Assembly: GCA_050250895.1 (NCBI GenBank)
Contig: JBFWNU010000001.1
Coordinates: forward strand, 3,012,891-3,076,890
Reading direction: 5' to 3'
Length of the DNA stretch: 64,000 nt
Source: Vulcanimicrobiota bacterium
Lineage (GTDB): Bacteria; Vulcanimicrobiota; Xenobia; Xenobiales; JADMJV01
The notes below the pieces were generated by a model that was not told the DNA's origin, did no database searches, and saw nothing but the letters and a program-made list of their open reading frames with translations. The position numbers and the translations under genes were made by a program. Of this stretch, positions 9,717 to 18,984 are shown piece by piece. Each line of letters opens with the position of its first letter. Position 1 is the stretch's first letter.

Positions 9717-10382
9717 TCATCCCAGAGCGGCCTGCAGGGGACAGTCCTGGGCCGGTCGGTCGCCCCGGCGGTAGCTCTGCAGCAGTTGGTGGGAGCGCCG
9801 GGCCAATTGGCGGCGAACCTCGCGACGCTGGCCCTTCACCCGAGCGATGACCATGTTGTCGTAGCCGGTGGTCTGGTGGCGCATCCAGGCGATGACGGCC
9901 GCCTCGGCCCGCTTCTCGACGGGAATCCGCTGGGTTCGGGCCACGGTGCCGCTACCCACCGGAGTGGCGTGGGCAGTGACCGCGTCGGCGATGCGGTCGG
10001 CCAGTTCACAGAAGCTGGGGGCGAAGGCGAGAAAGGCCAGCACCGCACCCCGAAAATCCTCGACATAATCTTGTTGAACCTTCTCACGCCGGCGAGCGGC
10101 CGAGGCCTGGCGGTTGGCATAGGCGTCAGTGGAACGCTCTTGTTCGAGTTCGGCTCTCAGGCGCTCGATGAGCGCGGCATCAGCCCACACTCCCTTAGAA
10201 AAGGTCTTGCGACCTTTCTTCTCCTGCACGGCCCAAAAGTCACCCGCCGCTTTGACTCGGCGGGTCAGGCCGGGGTCGCCGGGGGGGAGAAGCACCCAGT
10301 GGGCGGGTGGAGTGAGGGTCTGACCATCGGGAGCGAGGACGGTATCAGGAGTGGGTCCGGGCAAGAAGACGCGCTGGCTCAT
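9717..10382 (-). CDS. DUF2293 domain protein
   Basis: WVLLPPGDPGLTRRVK, HATPVGSGTVART, AVIAWMRHQTTGYD; start trimmed to MSQRVF. Confidence 0.8.
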   Translation of the reverse strand: MSQRVFLPGPTPDTVLAPDGQTLTPPAHWVLLPPGDPGLTRRVKAAGDFWAVQEKKGRKTFSKGVWADAALIERLRAELEQERSTDAYANRQASAARRREKVQQDYVEDFRGAVLAFLAFAPSFCELADRIADAVTAHATPVGSGTVARTQRIPVEKRAEAAVIAWMRHQTTGYDNMVIARVKGQRREVRRQLARRSHQLLQSYRRGDRPAQDCPLQAALG

Positions 10383-11545
10383 GGCCGCGCCTTCCCGCCG
10401 GGCTCTGGAGCTTCCTTCGTGGCGAGGAAGTGGCCTAGCTCGCGATAGGCCACCTCGTTCGGGTGGGCGTCGATGGGGATATGGTAGTGCCTCAGGTTCT
10501 GGCTGTAATCGGGAATGATGTCGTTGATGGCCACGAAGTTCAAATGAGCACCCTCGAAGAGTTCGGTATAGAAGGGTAGATCGTCGTTCCAAGCCCACAG
10601 GATCACGCACAGTTCCACTCCGTAGCGCTCCGCCAGCAAAGTCCTCGACCTTTTGACGATGGCGAGGTAGGTCTCGAGCTGTGGCCGGGTGCAAGGCCGG
10701 CTCGCCGGGCTGAGGAATCGAACGTAGGCTTGGCTCGTCTCGCAGAATTTGAGCAGCCGGGCCGCCCTAGCGGAATGAAACGGACCGGTGTTGACGAGTT
10801 CTTGACCCCGAATCCGGTAGCGAGGGCCGCGCAAGTCCCAGAAGGCCTTGCCCGCGGCTCGCTCGGCATGGGGCGGCAGGGTGGCGATGTAGTAGGCCCG
10901 TTTGACTGGCGGCTCGTCGGGCCCGGGCTTTTCCAGACCGGCCTCGAGGATGGCCAGCATCTGGTGGCCTCCGTAGCCCGGCATGGCCAGGTTGCGGGTG
11001 TGCCAGGTTCCCCCGGATTCGGCTTCGAGGCGGCTCGGCAGGGTCTGGGAATCCTCCAGACCCTCGCCAAACATGAACGAGCCACCGAAGCACAGGACGG
11101 TCTGGTTGGCCCGCGGTGTCTGCTTTGCGCTCTTTCGCCAACCGTCGCCATCGAGACGATAGGTGACCCGAAAGGCTTCCCGTCCGTCGGGTAGCACCCG
11201 GGCGACTTCGGCCGCGACCGACGGACGGCCCGCGTAGCCAAGTAAGGAGTGCGGCTCGGTGTAGGCAACCGAGTGGACGATCCTTCCTTTGTCCGGCGGG
11301 ACATGCCAGACGCGGGCAACCACCTCGAGTCCAGCCAGCGGCAGAGTCAGCCCGAGCAAACTCAGGGCCAGCCGCCGCCAGGCCGGCCGCGGCGAAAAGC
11401 ATAGCGCAAACTCGGCCAACAAGAGGCAAGCCAGGGCGGGCACGAAGCCCCATCGCCAGCCCCCATAGATTCCCAGTCCTAACATGCCGAGCGAGACGAG
11501 CAGAGGTCTCTGGCTCAAGGCAGGCCGGGAAAGTGGTTCACCCAT
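10379..11545 (-). CDS. Membrane-anchored SGNH/GDSL hydrolase-like protein
   Basis: N-terminal TMs; FGGSFMFGEG block I, NLAMPGYG block II, DAHPN block V. Confidence 0.75.
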   Translation of the reverse strand: MGEPLSRPALSQRPLLVSLGMLGLGIYGGWRWGFVPALACLLLAEFALCFSPRPAWRRLALSLLGLTLPLAGLEVVARVWHVPPDKGRIVHSVAYTEPHSLLGYAGRPSVAAEVARVLPDGREAFRVTYRLDGDGWRKSAKQTPRANQTVLCFGGSFMFGEGLEDSQTLPSRLEAESGGTWHTRNLAMPGYGGHQMLAILEAGLEKPGPDEPPVKRAYYIATLPPHAERAAGKAFWDLRGPRYRIRGQELVNTGPFHSARAARLLKFCETSQAYVRFLSPASRPCTRPQLETYLAIVKRSRTLLAERYGVELCVILWAWNDDLPFYTELFEGAHLNFVAINDIIPDYSQNLRHYHIPIDAHPNEVAYRELGHFLATKEAPEPGGKARP

Positions 11546-11979
11546 TGGATGCTGAAGTCTTCGCCAACGTTGACCAGGCGAATCTTGTAGTCAGGAAGGT
11601 GGTCGACGACCTCCCATTCCCCGGCGCTATCCGCGAAGTGGTCGACCTTCTTCACCTTCAGGTCGGGAAAGTGGTCGACGACCTTCACGTCATAGTCGGC
11701 TCCCGCGGTGACGAATTGGATCCGGCCATGAATTTGGGAGAGGTCGATCTGCTGGGGCTCGCCGCCACCTCCGCCCAACAAAGCCGCCGCCACTCCCAGA
11801 CCGGCGATGACGCCGAAGGGCAAGAGCCACTTCTGGTCGGAGCGCACCGGCGTCAGGCTGGTCGGTTCCAGGTCGAGCCGATCGGGCTCTGGACCCGGGG
11901 GCGAAGCCGAGGCCCTGGGCGGCGCCTGGTGAGTCAGACTGGCAGAGCGGATGGCTGGGGAAAACGTGACCGGTGACAT
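11515..11979 (-). CDS. Protein with C-terminal V-D-x-F-P-D repeat domain (7(1) knot-like family)
   Basis: One TM then GRIQFV..ADYDVKVVDHFPDLKVKKVDHFADSAGEWEVVDHLPDYKIRLV..EDFSIQWVNHFPG. Confidence 0.6.
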   Translation of the reverse strand: MSPVTFSPAIRSASLTHQAPPRASASPPGPEPDRLDLEPTSLTPVRSDQKWLLPFGVIAGLGVAAALLGGGGGEPQQIDLSQIHGRIQFVTAGADYDVKVVDHFPDLKVKKVDHFADSAGEWEVVDHLPDYKIRLVNVGEDFSIQWVNHFPGLP

Positions 11980-12060
11980 AATGACCTCCTTCAATCGGGT
12001 GAAAGAGGATGGCGGACCAACCTCACTCTATCCAGCCAGGCTGAATCCAGTCTTAAAAAA

Positions 12061-13107
12061 CTACCAGGCGTACTGATAACGAGCCCGCAAGCCCCGGCTC
12101 GCAGCGGGCGCCCCCTCGTCGGCCTGGCGAAATTCGTAGTTGAGCTGAAAGCGATGCACCGGCTTGCGCGAGAGATAGTAGTTCACGCCGAGCACGACCC
12201 GGCTGCGGGCGTTGGTGGCGTCGCGAGCCCGCTGAAGGTCGACCCGGTCCAGGTCGGGGTCGAACTGATCAAAGCTGACCACCGCGTCAACCTCTTCCGA
12301 GGCCCGATAGACGCCGGTCAGGTAATAGCCTCGCCAGCGGCTGTCGGCGCGCGAGAAGAGGTTGTAGCCATCTCCCAGGATCAGCTCGCCTTCGAGCTTC
12401 CAGGGGCCCTCCTCGAAGTGGGCCTCGAGGCCGTATCGCTGCACCGGCTGAGTGATGTCGCTACCCTCGGGCACGATGGTGCCCAGGTGCCCCGAGGCGC
12501 CCACTCGCAGGCTGGGGCTGAGCGAATAGACCAGGCGCGCGGCCAGGTCCTTGCCTCCATTGCGGTCGGCAACGTTCTGGCCCTGGCCTCCCACGACGGC
12601 CACCCCATACTCCCAGCGCTCGGTCTGTCCAAACCCGCCGAGGCCGATGTCTCGCTGGAAGAGAACTCGGCTAACATCGCTGCGCTCGATGGTGTCCAAC
12701 GCCCGCGAGCTACGAAAGAACTCCCATCCGAAGGGCACCTTGAACTGGCCGATGCGCAAATGATGCTGGTCGTCGAAGCGGTGCCGCACATAGAGATCGA
12801 GCATGGTCAACTGAGTCTCGTCGAAGTCGAGTTGATCAGCCTCGAAGTCGGTCTCGTTCACCAGGGCCCAGTTGGGAGCCAGATGGACGGTCGGGATCAG
12901 TCTCAGGCGACGTACCCTGAGGACATCACGAGCCGGAAACCCGCTCAATCCGTTGCGAGCGGGGCGGGCCCCGGCCCTCAGAGCGCCCAGTTCGCCATCC
13001 TCGAATTGTAGCTGCACCTGTCCCTCCACCACGATGTCGGGGTAACGATCCTCGTCGGCTTCGGCCAGCACCGCCAGGCTCAACAGCAGAAACAATATCA
13101 GGAACAT
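12061..13107 (-). CDS. Porin (OprO/OprP-like beta-barrel)
   Basis: Signal peptide; RVRRLRL, IGQFKVPFG, IERS, RDIG motifs; terminal aromatic YQYAW. Confidence 0.8.
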   Translation of the reverse strand: MFLILFLLLSLAVLAEADEDRYPDIVVEGQVQLQFEDGELGALRAGARPARNGLSGFPARDVLRVRRLRLIPTVHLAPNWALVNETDFEADQLDFDETQLTMLDLYVRHRFDDQHHLRIGQFKVPFGWEFFRSSRALDTIERSDVSRVLFQRDIGLGGFGQTERWEYGVAVVGGQGQNVADRNGGKDLAARLVYSLSPSLRVGASGHLGTIVPEGSDITQPVQRYGLEAHFEEGPWKLEGELILGDGYNLFSRADSRWRGYYLTGVYRASEEVDAVVSFDQFDPDLDRVDLQRARDATNARSRVVLGVNYYLSRKPVHRFQLNYEFRQADEGAPAASRGLRARYQYAW

Positions 13108-13180
13108 TCCTCTGTTTTCGTTTGCCTGGCTTGCATCCCTGTGGAGGGAACCGGCGCATTTGGCGGGAACCACGCCGGCC

Positions 13181-14338
13181 ATGCCGGACCGTCACGAACT
13201 CACTCTCGCGCTGCTCTCCCGGGCCCTGGTCTGGGGTTCGCTTTTCGCCACGATCTACATCTTGCGATCCTTTTCCGTGCTGCTTTTCCTGGTCTTCATC
13301 TTCAGTTATATCCAGGCCAATGCGGTCAATCGGCTCGAGCCCTGGATCGCCAATCGGACGGCCCGAGTCGTGCTGGTGGGAGTGAGCTTTCTGGCCTTCT
13401 TCGTGCTGGTCATCGCGGCCCTCATCCCTCCCGTTCGCGATCAGACCACAAGTTTCGTTAGCAATTTGGCCATCTATGGAAAGGCTTTAGACCAGGAGTT
13501 GATCGCTTTCGCTCAATCCCATCCCACTCTGGCCGAACTCTTGCCAGTCGATGTGTCTCACGTGCCGCGCCAGGAGCCGTGGGACTTTCGCACCTCTGCT
13601 CTGGCCCAGATCCTGCAGCCCTTCGTGGGGATGGGCGAAGAGGTGGACAAAGATTCTCTCGTGACCTTTGTCGAGACGGCCGGTCATTTCGGCTCGAAGT
13701 TGCTAAAGCTCAGTTCGCAGTTCGTGCTCTCGATTCTGTTCTCGTTTTTGATCGTGCTCGATTTGCCGAACCTTGCCGAGGGAGCCCGCGCCTTGCGCGA
13801 TACGCGTCTGCGTTACGTGTACGATGAGGTGGCCGACAGTCTGCTTCGTTTCGGGGCTACCGTGGGCAGAGCCTTCGAAGCTCAGTTCGTGGTGGCCATC
13901 TTCAACACTCTGCTGACAGCTATCGGCATCTGGTGCCTGGGCTTGCGCGACGAGATCGCCTTTGTCTCGTTGGTGGTCTTTTTGTGTAGCTTCATTCCCA
14001 TTGCCGGGGTGTTCGTGAGCTCGATCCCCATTTGCCTGTTGGCCCTGGCCCAGGGCGGCTTTCCGAAAGTGATTCTGGCGGTGGTCCTGATCTTTGCCAT
14101 TCACGCCATCGAGGCATACATTCTCAACCCTCGCATCTTCGGTCGCCACCTGCATCTCAATCCGGTGGTGGTGATGATCTTGCTCACTATCTGCGGCAAA
14201 CTGTTCGGGGTCTGGGGCCTGATTCTCAGCCTGCCCATCGCCACCTACCTCTTCCGCGAAGCCATCCAGCACAAGCGGCGCCTGCTCTTGACGGCCTGGC
14301 CCACCGAGGTCCACACGGTTCAGCGCAGCGACGAGTAG
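13181..14338 (+). CDS. AI-2E family transporter
   Basis: FIPIAG, IEAYILNPRIFGRHLHLNPV, FGVWGLILSLP motifs; multiple TMs. Confidence 0.9.
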   Translation: MPDRHELTLALLSRALVWGSLFATIYILRSFSVLLFLVFIFSYIQANAVNRLEPWIANRTARVVLVGVSFLAFFVLVIAALIPPVRDQTTSFVSNLAIYGKALDQELIAFAQSHPTLAELLPVDVSHVPRQEPWDFRTSALAQILQPFVGMGEEVDKDSLVTFVETAGHFGSKLLKLSSQFVLSILFSFLIVLDLPNLAEGARALRDTRLRYVYDEVADSLLRFGATVGRAFEAQFVVAIFNTLLTAIGIWCLGLRDEIAFVSLVVFLCSFIPIAGVFVSSIPICLLALAQGGFPKVILAVVLIFAIHAIEAYILNPRIFGRHLHLNPVVVMILLTICGKLFGVWGLILSLPIATYLFREAIQHKRRLLLTAWPTEVHTVQRSDE

Positions 14339-14724
14339 ACCTCGACCAGGTGGTAGCCGTTGAGGAAGACTTTCTCGAGTCCCTCGCACTCACCGGGCTG
14401 GGCGGTGGCCGGATTGTCTTCGATTCGTTCCAATTGATGATGGCTGTATTCCATCACCCGCCACACGAACGTCCCCAGTCGGTCCGCTCCCGGCTGCCCG
14501 TCAGCCCATTGGTCGACCGCCTGATGCAGCACCTGGATCTCGCGGCGATGCTCGGGGCTCAAAGCCTGGATCGACTCGCCGAAATCACGGGTCGCGCCTT
14601 CGAATCTTTGCGATAGAGTGGGGGGATCGTCGGGGAGGGTGAAGTCGGGCGACTGGGCTCCCAGAGGAAACATCCGAGGAGGGTAAGGCGAAAGCGGCTG
14701 GGGCGTGATGGGAGGCAGAGCCAT
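14320..14724 (-). CDS. Hypothetical protein
   Basis: MALPPITPQ start coupled (TGATG) to the upstream gene; helical acidic body. Confidence 0.55.
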   Translation of the reverse strand: MALPPITPQPLSPYPPRMFPLGAQSPDFTLPDDPPTLSQRFEGATRDFGESIQALSPEHRREIQVLHQAVDQWADGQPGADRLGTFVWRVMEYSHHQLERIEDNPATAQPGECEGLEKVFLNGYHLVEVYSSLR

Positions 14725-15134
14725 CAGTTGGGCTCCGTCACGTTGATAAGTTTGGCCCCGCGTTCCATCCGGTAGTCCCAGATGAAGGTCGAACCATCCT
14801 CCCACTCCACCCGCACCTGGTAGTAGCGTCCCATCGCTGCGCCCTCGAGCCGCGCCTCGACCGAGTAGAGCGCCCCCGGATTGTCGGTGCTGGTGCTGCT
14901 GGCCTGGGTGGTCTTTTCGTGAATCTCGACGCTGGTCACCGAATAATACTTCTGCTCGTAGTGGTTGAAATAGCGATGGGCCACGACCCGCAACACCTGC
15001 TCGCCGGACGGCAGGGGCCGCAACATGCGGGCCGCTTCGCCCAGGTAGCGAACACGGGTGGCCCGGTCGAGTCGGCATTCGGCCAGGCTTGGGCCGGCCA
15101 GAGCTATCAGGAGCATGAGCGCCGTCCATCGCAT
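14724..15134 (-). CDS. Secreted hypothetical protein
   Basis: Signal peptide MRWTALMLLIALAGPSLA. Confidence 0.6.
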   Translation of the reverse strand: MRWTALMLLIALAGPSLAECRLDRATRVRYLGEAARMLRPLPSGEQVLRVVAHRYFNHYEQKYYSVTSVEIHEKTTQASSTSTDNPGALYSVEARLEGAAMGRYYQVRVEWEDGSTFIWDYRMERGAKLINVTEPN

Positions 15135-15206
15135 GCAGCGGGCCTTCGTGGCCCGCCGCCACTAGCCTTCAGGAGGGAGTTGTCCACGCTCGGGGAAGGG
15201 GCGACC

Positions 15207-16088
15207 ATGGCTTCTCGCCTGCTCTTGTTGCTTTTGCTCACTACCGGTCTGGTCCGGGCCGACACCTGGTTTCTGCCATCCGGCGGCTGGATCGCGCGCC
15301 AGTTGGAGCAGGTCGGCTGCGATCGCGTTCGCCAGCGGGGGCAGGCGGTTGGTGGGTTGCTTCGCGGCGCCGAACCTGGTCAGGTGGTGGTGTTTTCTAG
15401 CAACGACCCCGAGGCTGCGCTGCGCGTGCTGGCTGCCGTGGGCCGTCCCCAGCGAGGACGCCTGTTGACCGTGTTTGGCGAGGGCATCAAGTTGCGCCAC
15501 GGTGATCTGGTGGTCAAGCTCGACTTTGATCCGGGCTTGCCCCCCGGAGTCGTCGCGCTGCCCGCCCGCGGCCCCAGCATCGACACGGTGCGACTGCTGC
15601 TCTCGCCCGGAAATGCTCCCACCATGGTCATCGCCTCTGATCTGGTGTTGAGTCTGCAGAATCGGGCCCGCACCTCCAGCGACCTGGTGGTGGTGCGTTT
15701 GGTGGGCTACGAGCCCCGGGCCGAGGGCCGACTCGAAGTGATGTTGTCGGTGCGCGTCTTTGACCCCGGCCTGCGCCAACAGATGACCGATACCGTCGTG
15801 GCTAGCGCCCGCCAGCGAGCAAGCCTGTACGGGGCCGAGATCCTCGAGTCCTCGGTGACGCCTTCGGCCCAATCTGGGAGCTGGCCGCGCTTGCGCGAGG
15901 CTCTGGCCGGCGAACTCGGACCCGATTCCATCGTCTCGCGCGAGCCGGAAAAAAGCCAGCTCTATCTCGAAGACTTCGGACGCCCCGAATTACCCACTGT
16001 GATCCTCCAGGTCGGTCCCGACCGGGACGGCGTAATCACGAGAGCGACGGCCGCAGTGTTGCGGCTGGCCCTGTCTTTCGAGCGCTAA
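15207..16088 (+). CDS. Secreted degenerate M20 amidohydrolase-like protein
   Basis: Signal peptide; dimerisation-domain remnants (IASDLVLSLQ, SVRVFD, EDFG) but no metal-binding motifs. Confidence 0.5.
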   Translation: MASRLLLLLLLTTGLVRADTWFLPSGGWIARQLEQVGCDRVRQRGQAVGGLLRGAEPGQVVVFSSNDPEAALRVLAAVGRPQRGRLLTVFGEGIKLRHGDLVVKLDFDPGLPPGVVALPARGPSIDTVRLLLSPGNAPTMVIASDLVLSLQNRARTSSDLVVVRLVGYEPRAEGRLEVMLSVRVFDPGLRQQMTDTVVASARQRASLYGAEILESSVTPSAQSGSWPRLREALAGELGPDSIVSREPEKSQLYLEDFGRPELPTVILQVGPDRDGVITRATAAVLRLALSFER

Positions 16089-16106
16089 GCCCCTTGGTCG
16101 ACCCTC

Positions 16107-16148
16107 TTGACACGGATTGATTTCCTATATATATTTATATATATCAAT
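16107..16148 (+). promoter_or_regulatory. Sigma70 promoter with AT-rich palindromic operator
   Basis: TTGACA 16107-16112, -10-like TATATT 17 nt later, ATATATAT-TT-ATATATAT at 16127-16144, AAGGAG RBS downstream. Confidence 0.7.
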
Positions 16149-16164
16149 ACTAAAGGAGTTTGGA

Positions 16165-17544
16165 ATGTATCTCGAGCGCTTCTATGACGAGAATCTGGCT
16201 CAAGCGAGCTATCTGGTCGGCTGTCAAGCCACCGGAGAGGCGATCGTCATCGATGCTGCCCGCAACATCCAGCCTTACCTCGATGCGGCCGCGGCCCAGA
16301 GCCTCAAGATCGTGGCCGCCACCGACACCCACATTCACGCCGACTACGTGTCGGGCATGCGTGAACTGGCCCTGCAAACCGGAGCCACGATGTATCTTTC
16401 CGATGAAGGCGGTCCGGACTGGACCTATCGGTTCGCGCGTCCCCAGGACGTGCTGGTCAAAGACGGCTACAAGATCGAGATCGGCAACCTGGTGCTCGAG
16501 GTGATGCACACCCCTGGGCACACGCCCGAGCACATCAGCTTCTTGCTCACCGACAAGCCGGCCAGCAGCCAGCCAAGAGGTCTGTTCACCGGCGACTTCA
16601 TCTTCGTCGGCGACGTGGGTCGCCCCGACCTGCTCGAGAAGGCCGCGGGCATCACCGGCACCATGGAAGCGGGAGCCCGCCAGCTCTACCAGTCGCTGCA
16701 AAGGGTGGCCAGCCTGCCCGACTTTATCCAGCTCTGGCCGGGCCACGGAGCCGGCTCGGCCTGCGGCAAGGCCCTGGGTGCAGTTCCCCAATCGACGCTA
16801 GGCTACGAGAAGCTTTCGAACTGGGCCTTCGCGTGCGAATCGGAGGCCGATTTCGTGGCCAGGGTGCTCGACGGTCAGCCCGAGCCTCCCTATTACTTCG
16901 CCGAAATGAAGCGCATCAACAAGGTCGGGCCGCAGTTGCAAGCTCCCCTGGCGCCCAAACTCGATCTCGATTCCCTCGAGAAAGTGGTCAAAGACCAGCC
17001 CTGGGTGGTCGACGGTCGGGGTGCCGACGCCTTTGCCAAAGCCCACCTTCCGGGCTCGGTGTATCTGCCCCCCAACACCGGATTCGTCAACTGGGCCGGT
17101 TGGGTCTTGCCCTACGACCAGGACTTCTATCTGGTCGCTCGCGACACCGAGCAAGCCCTCGGCTACCAGCGTGCCCTGCGCTCGATCGGCCTGGACCGGC
17201 TGGTAGGGTTCTTCCTGGCTCCGACCCTGGCGCGCTGGGTCGAGCACAGCGGAATGGCCCGGAGTTCGCACCGGGTTCGGGTCGAAGACCTGCGCGGCGA
17301 CGAATCTTTGGTCGACGTGCGAGCCACCAGCGAGTGGAACGCCGGTCACATCGAAGGTGCTCTCCATATCCACGCCGGCCACCTCTCGCGCCGTCTGGCC
17401 GAGGTGCCCGAAGAGCCCCTGCTCTACTGCGCCTCTGGAAATCGCTCCCTGATTGTTAGCAGCCTGCTCGAGCGCCACGGTCGTTTGGCCCGCGACCTGA
17501 TTGGCGGCTACGCAGCCTGGAACAAACGGCCCGCTCTGGCCTAG
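16165..17544 (+). CDS. MBL-fold persulfide dioxygenase with two rhodanese domains (CstB/Blh-like)
   Basis: THIHADYVSG, HTPGHTPEH, GDVGRPDL, PGHGAGSACGK, C-terminal YCASGNRS. Confidence 0.88.
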   Translation: MYLERFYDENLAQASYLVGCQATGEAIVIDAARNIQPYLDAAAAQSLKIVAATDTHIHADYVSGMRELALQTGATMYLSDEGGPDWTYRFARPQDVLVKDGYKIEIGNLVLEVMHTPGHTPEHISFLLTDKPASSQPRGLFTGDFIFVGDVGRPDLLEKAAGITGTMEAGARQLYQSLQRVASLPDFIQLWPGHGAGSACGKALGAVPQSTLGYEKLSNWAFACESEADFVARVLDGQPEPPYYFAEMKRINKVGPQLQAPLAPKLDLDSLEKVVKDQPWVVDGRGADAFAKAHLPGSVYLPPNTGFVNWAGWVLPYDQDFYLVARDTEQALGYQRALRSIGLDRLVGFFLAPTLARWVEHSGMARSSHRVRVEDLRGDESLVDVRATSEWNAGHIEGALHIHAGHLSRRLAEVPEEPLLYCASGNRSLIVSSLLERHGRLARDLIGGYAAWNKRPALA

Positions 17545-18767
17545 CGCACTTCGATGGAGATGTCGCCGATGGTGAGCAGGTTCTCGTCGAGTTGCAATTC
17601 GGGCCCCTGGGGAACTGCCTTCATGGCTTCGAGTTTGCGCGCGAGGGCGTCCTCGGCCAGGGCCACCAGTCGCCCCTCGGCTGCCACATAGACGATTTCG
17701 TGGTGATGCAGCGGCACCTGAGCCAGCCGGCTGCCGCCCACGAAGTTCCAGCGATTATCTCCGGTTTTGGCGTCGAAAACGTGGAACTTCTCGGTGCGCC
17801 CGCCCGCGAAATAGACCTCCCCTTCGGCTCCCACGGCCGGCTTGAAAGCCCCGTAGCCGCCGGGCTGGCGGGCCCACTTCTCGGCTCCGGTGTTGGCATC
17901 GACGCAATAGACCGACTTACCCCAGTCGCCCACGAAGAGATTGCCGGCCGCTTCATCCAGGGCCAGGCTAGGAATATTGTGCCCGAGCACGTCTTTGTTC
18001 TCGAAGCTCCACAGCTCTTTGCCGCCCGCCTCGATGGCCCGCACCAGGTGGCGTTCATCGTTGCCGATCGAACCGATCAGGATGCGCTGGCCACTCACGA
18101 TGGGACGCCCGCCGCGCCCCTCCAGGGGAAAGCGCCATCGCTCCTCACCGCTTTGCTGGTCGAGACAGACGAGAGCCTTCTCGGCGGCCAACAAAACCGT
18201 TCCGCCGGGCCCGAGCACGGGGGCGGCGTCGTCAGGGCTCATGCCGCCGGTGAAGGTCTTGGACCAGGCCACCTGGCCTGATTCGGCTTTCAACTTGACC
18301 AGTTTGGCCACCGGGGTGGCCACTCCGCGCTCGAAGTACTCAAACGAGGTGGATAGCCCATACGCGTTGCCCTGGTCGTCGACGGCCGGCGAGCAGCGAA
18401 AGTCGCCCTCTTGCTTTTCGGCCTGCCAGAGCAGGTGCCCGTCGGAGCTGTCCAGAGCATAGAAGTTGCCCCAGTCGCTATTGACGTAGAGGCGGCTCTG
18501 CCAGGGGGTGGGGGCCGAACGCACCCCCCCTCGGGTGTCGAACTTCCACTGCAGCTGACCTTCGTCGTCGAGCTTGTGGACCGAGCCCATGTGGTCGGAT
18601 TTCCACTGGGAGCTGCCGGTGTTGACATAGATTCCGTCAGGCCCCGGGGTAGGATTCGAGACGAAGCTATCGTCGGTCTTATACTCCCAGAGCAAGAACG
18701 GGTCTTTGACCTTTTCCAGGGCCTGCTGGGCGCGGCCCAGGTCAATCGGGCCTGGATCGATTTTCAT
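17541..18767 (-). CDS. PQQ-like (BamB-type) beta-propeller repeat protein
   Basis: Repeated YALD..G..xW blades; no signal peptide; C-terminal ELQLDENLLTIGDISIEVR tail. Confidence 0.8.
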   Translation of the reverse strand: MKIDPGPIDLGRAQQALEKVKDPFLLWEYKTDDSFVSNPTPGPDGIYVNTGSSQWKSDHMGSVHKLDDEGQLQWKFDTRGGVRSAPTPWQSRLYVNSDWGNFYALDSSDGHLLWQAEKQEGDFRCSPAVDDQGNAYGLSTSFEYFERGVATPVAKLVKLKAESGQVAWSKTFTGGMSPDDAAPVLGPGGTVLLAAEKALVCLDQQSGEERWRFPLEGRGGRPIVSGQRILIGSIGNDERHLVRAIEAGGKELWSFENKDVLGHNIPSLALDEAAGNLFVGDWGKSVYCVDANTGAEKWARQPGGYGAFKPAVGAEGEVYFAGGRTEKFHVFDAKTGDNRWNFVGGSRLAQVPLHHHEIVYVAAEGRLVALAEDALARKLEAMKAVPQGPELQLDENLLTIGDISIEVR

Positions 18768-18840
18768 CGCTCCAAATCTAGACGAGCCGACTGAAGAAGT
18801 GCTTAAAGAGGGCTATCCGGGCAGGCGCGAAATAGAGTCA

Positions 18841-18928
18841 GGTCTTGACCCACCGGCCGTCGAGAGCGGCCACTACCGCCGGTTTGCGGCAATCACGCGA
18901 GCTGGCGTGAGCAATGGGTCAAACGACC
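18841..18928. ncRNA. Candidate structured RNA (four-way junction)
   Basis: Closing stem TTGACCCA/TGGGTCAA enclosing three hairpins GGCCG/CGGCC, CCGC/GCGG, TCACGC/GCGTGA in intergenic DNA. Confidence 0.35.
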
Positions 18929-18984
18929 CCATCGATGATGATGTTCACTATAGTAAAATCAAACCTGATTGGATGGCTTGGTAA

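Noticed and set aside
18841-18928. Canonical tRNA or tRNA-Sec
   Set aside because: No T-loop TTCRA, no D-loop GG in register, no 7-nt anticodon loop in the middle arm and no CCA end.
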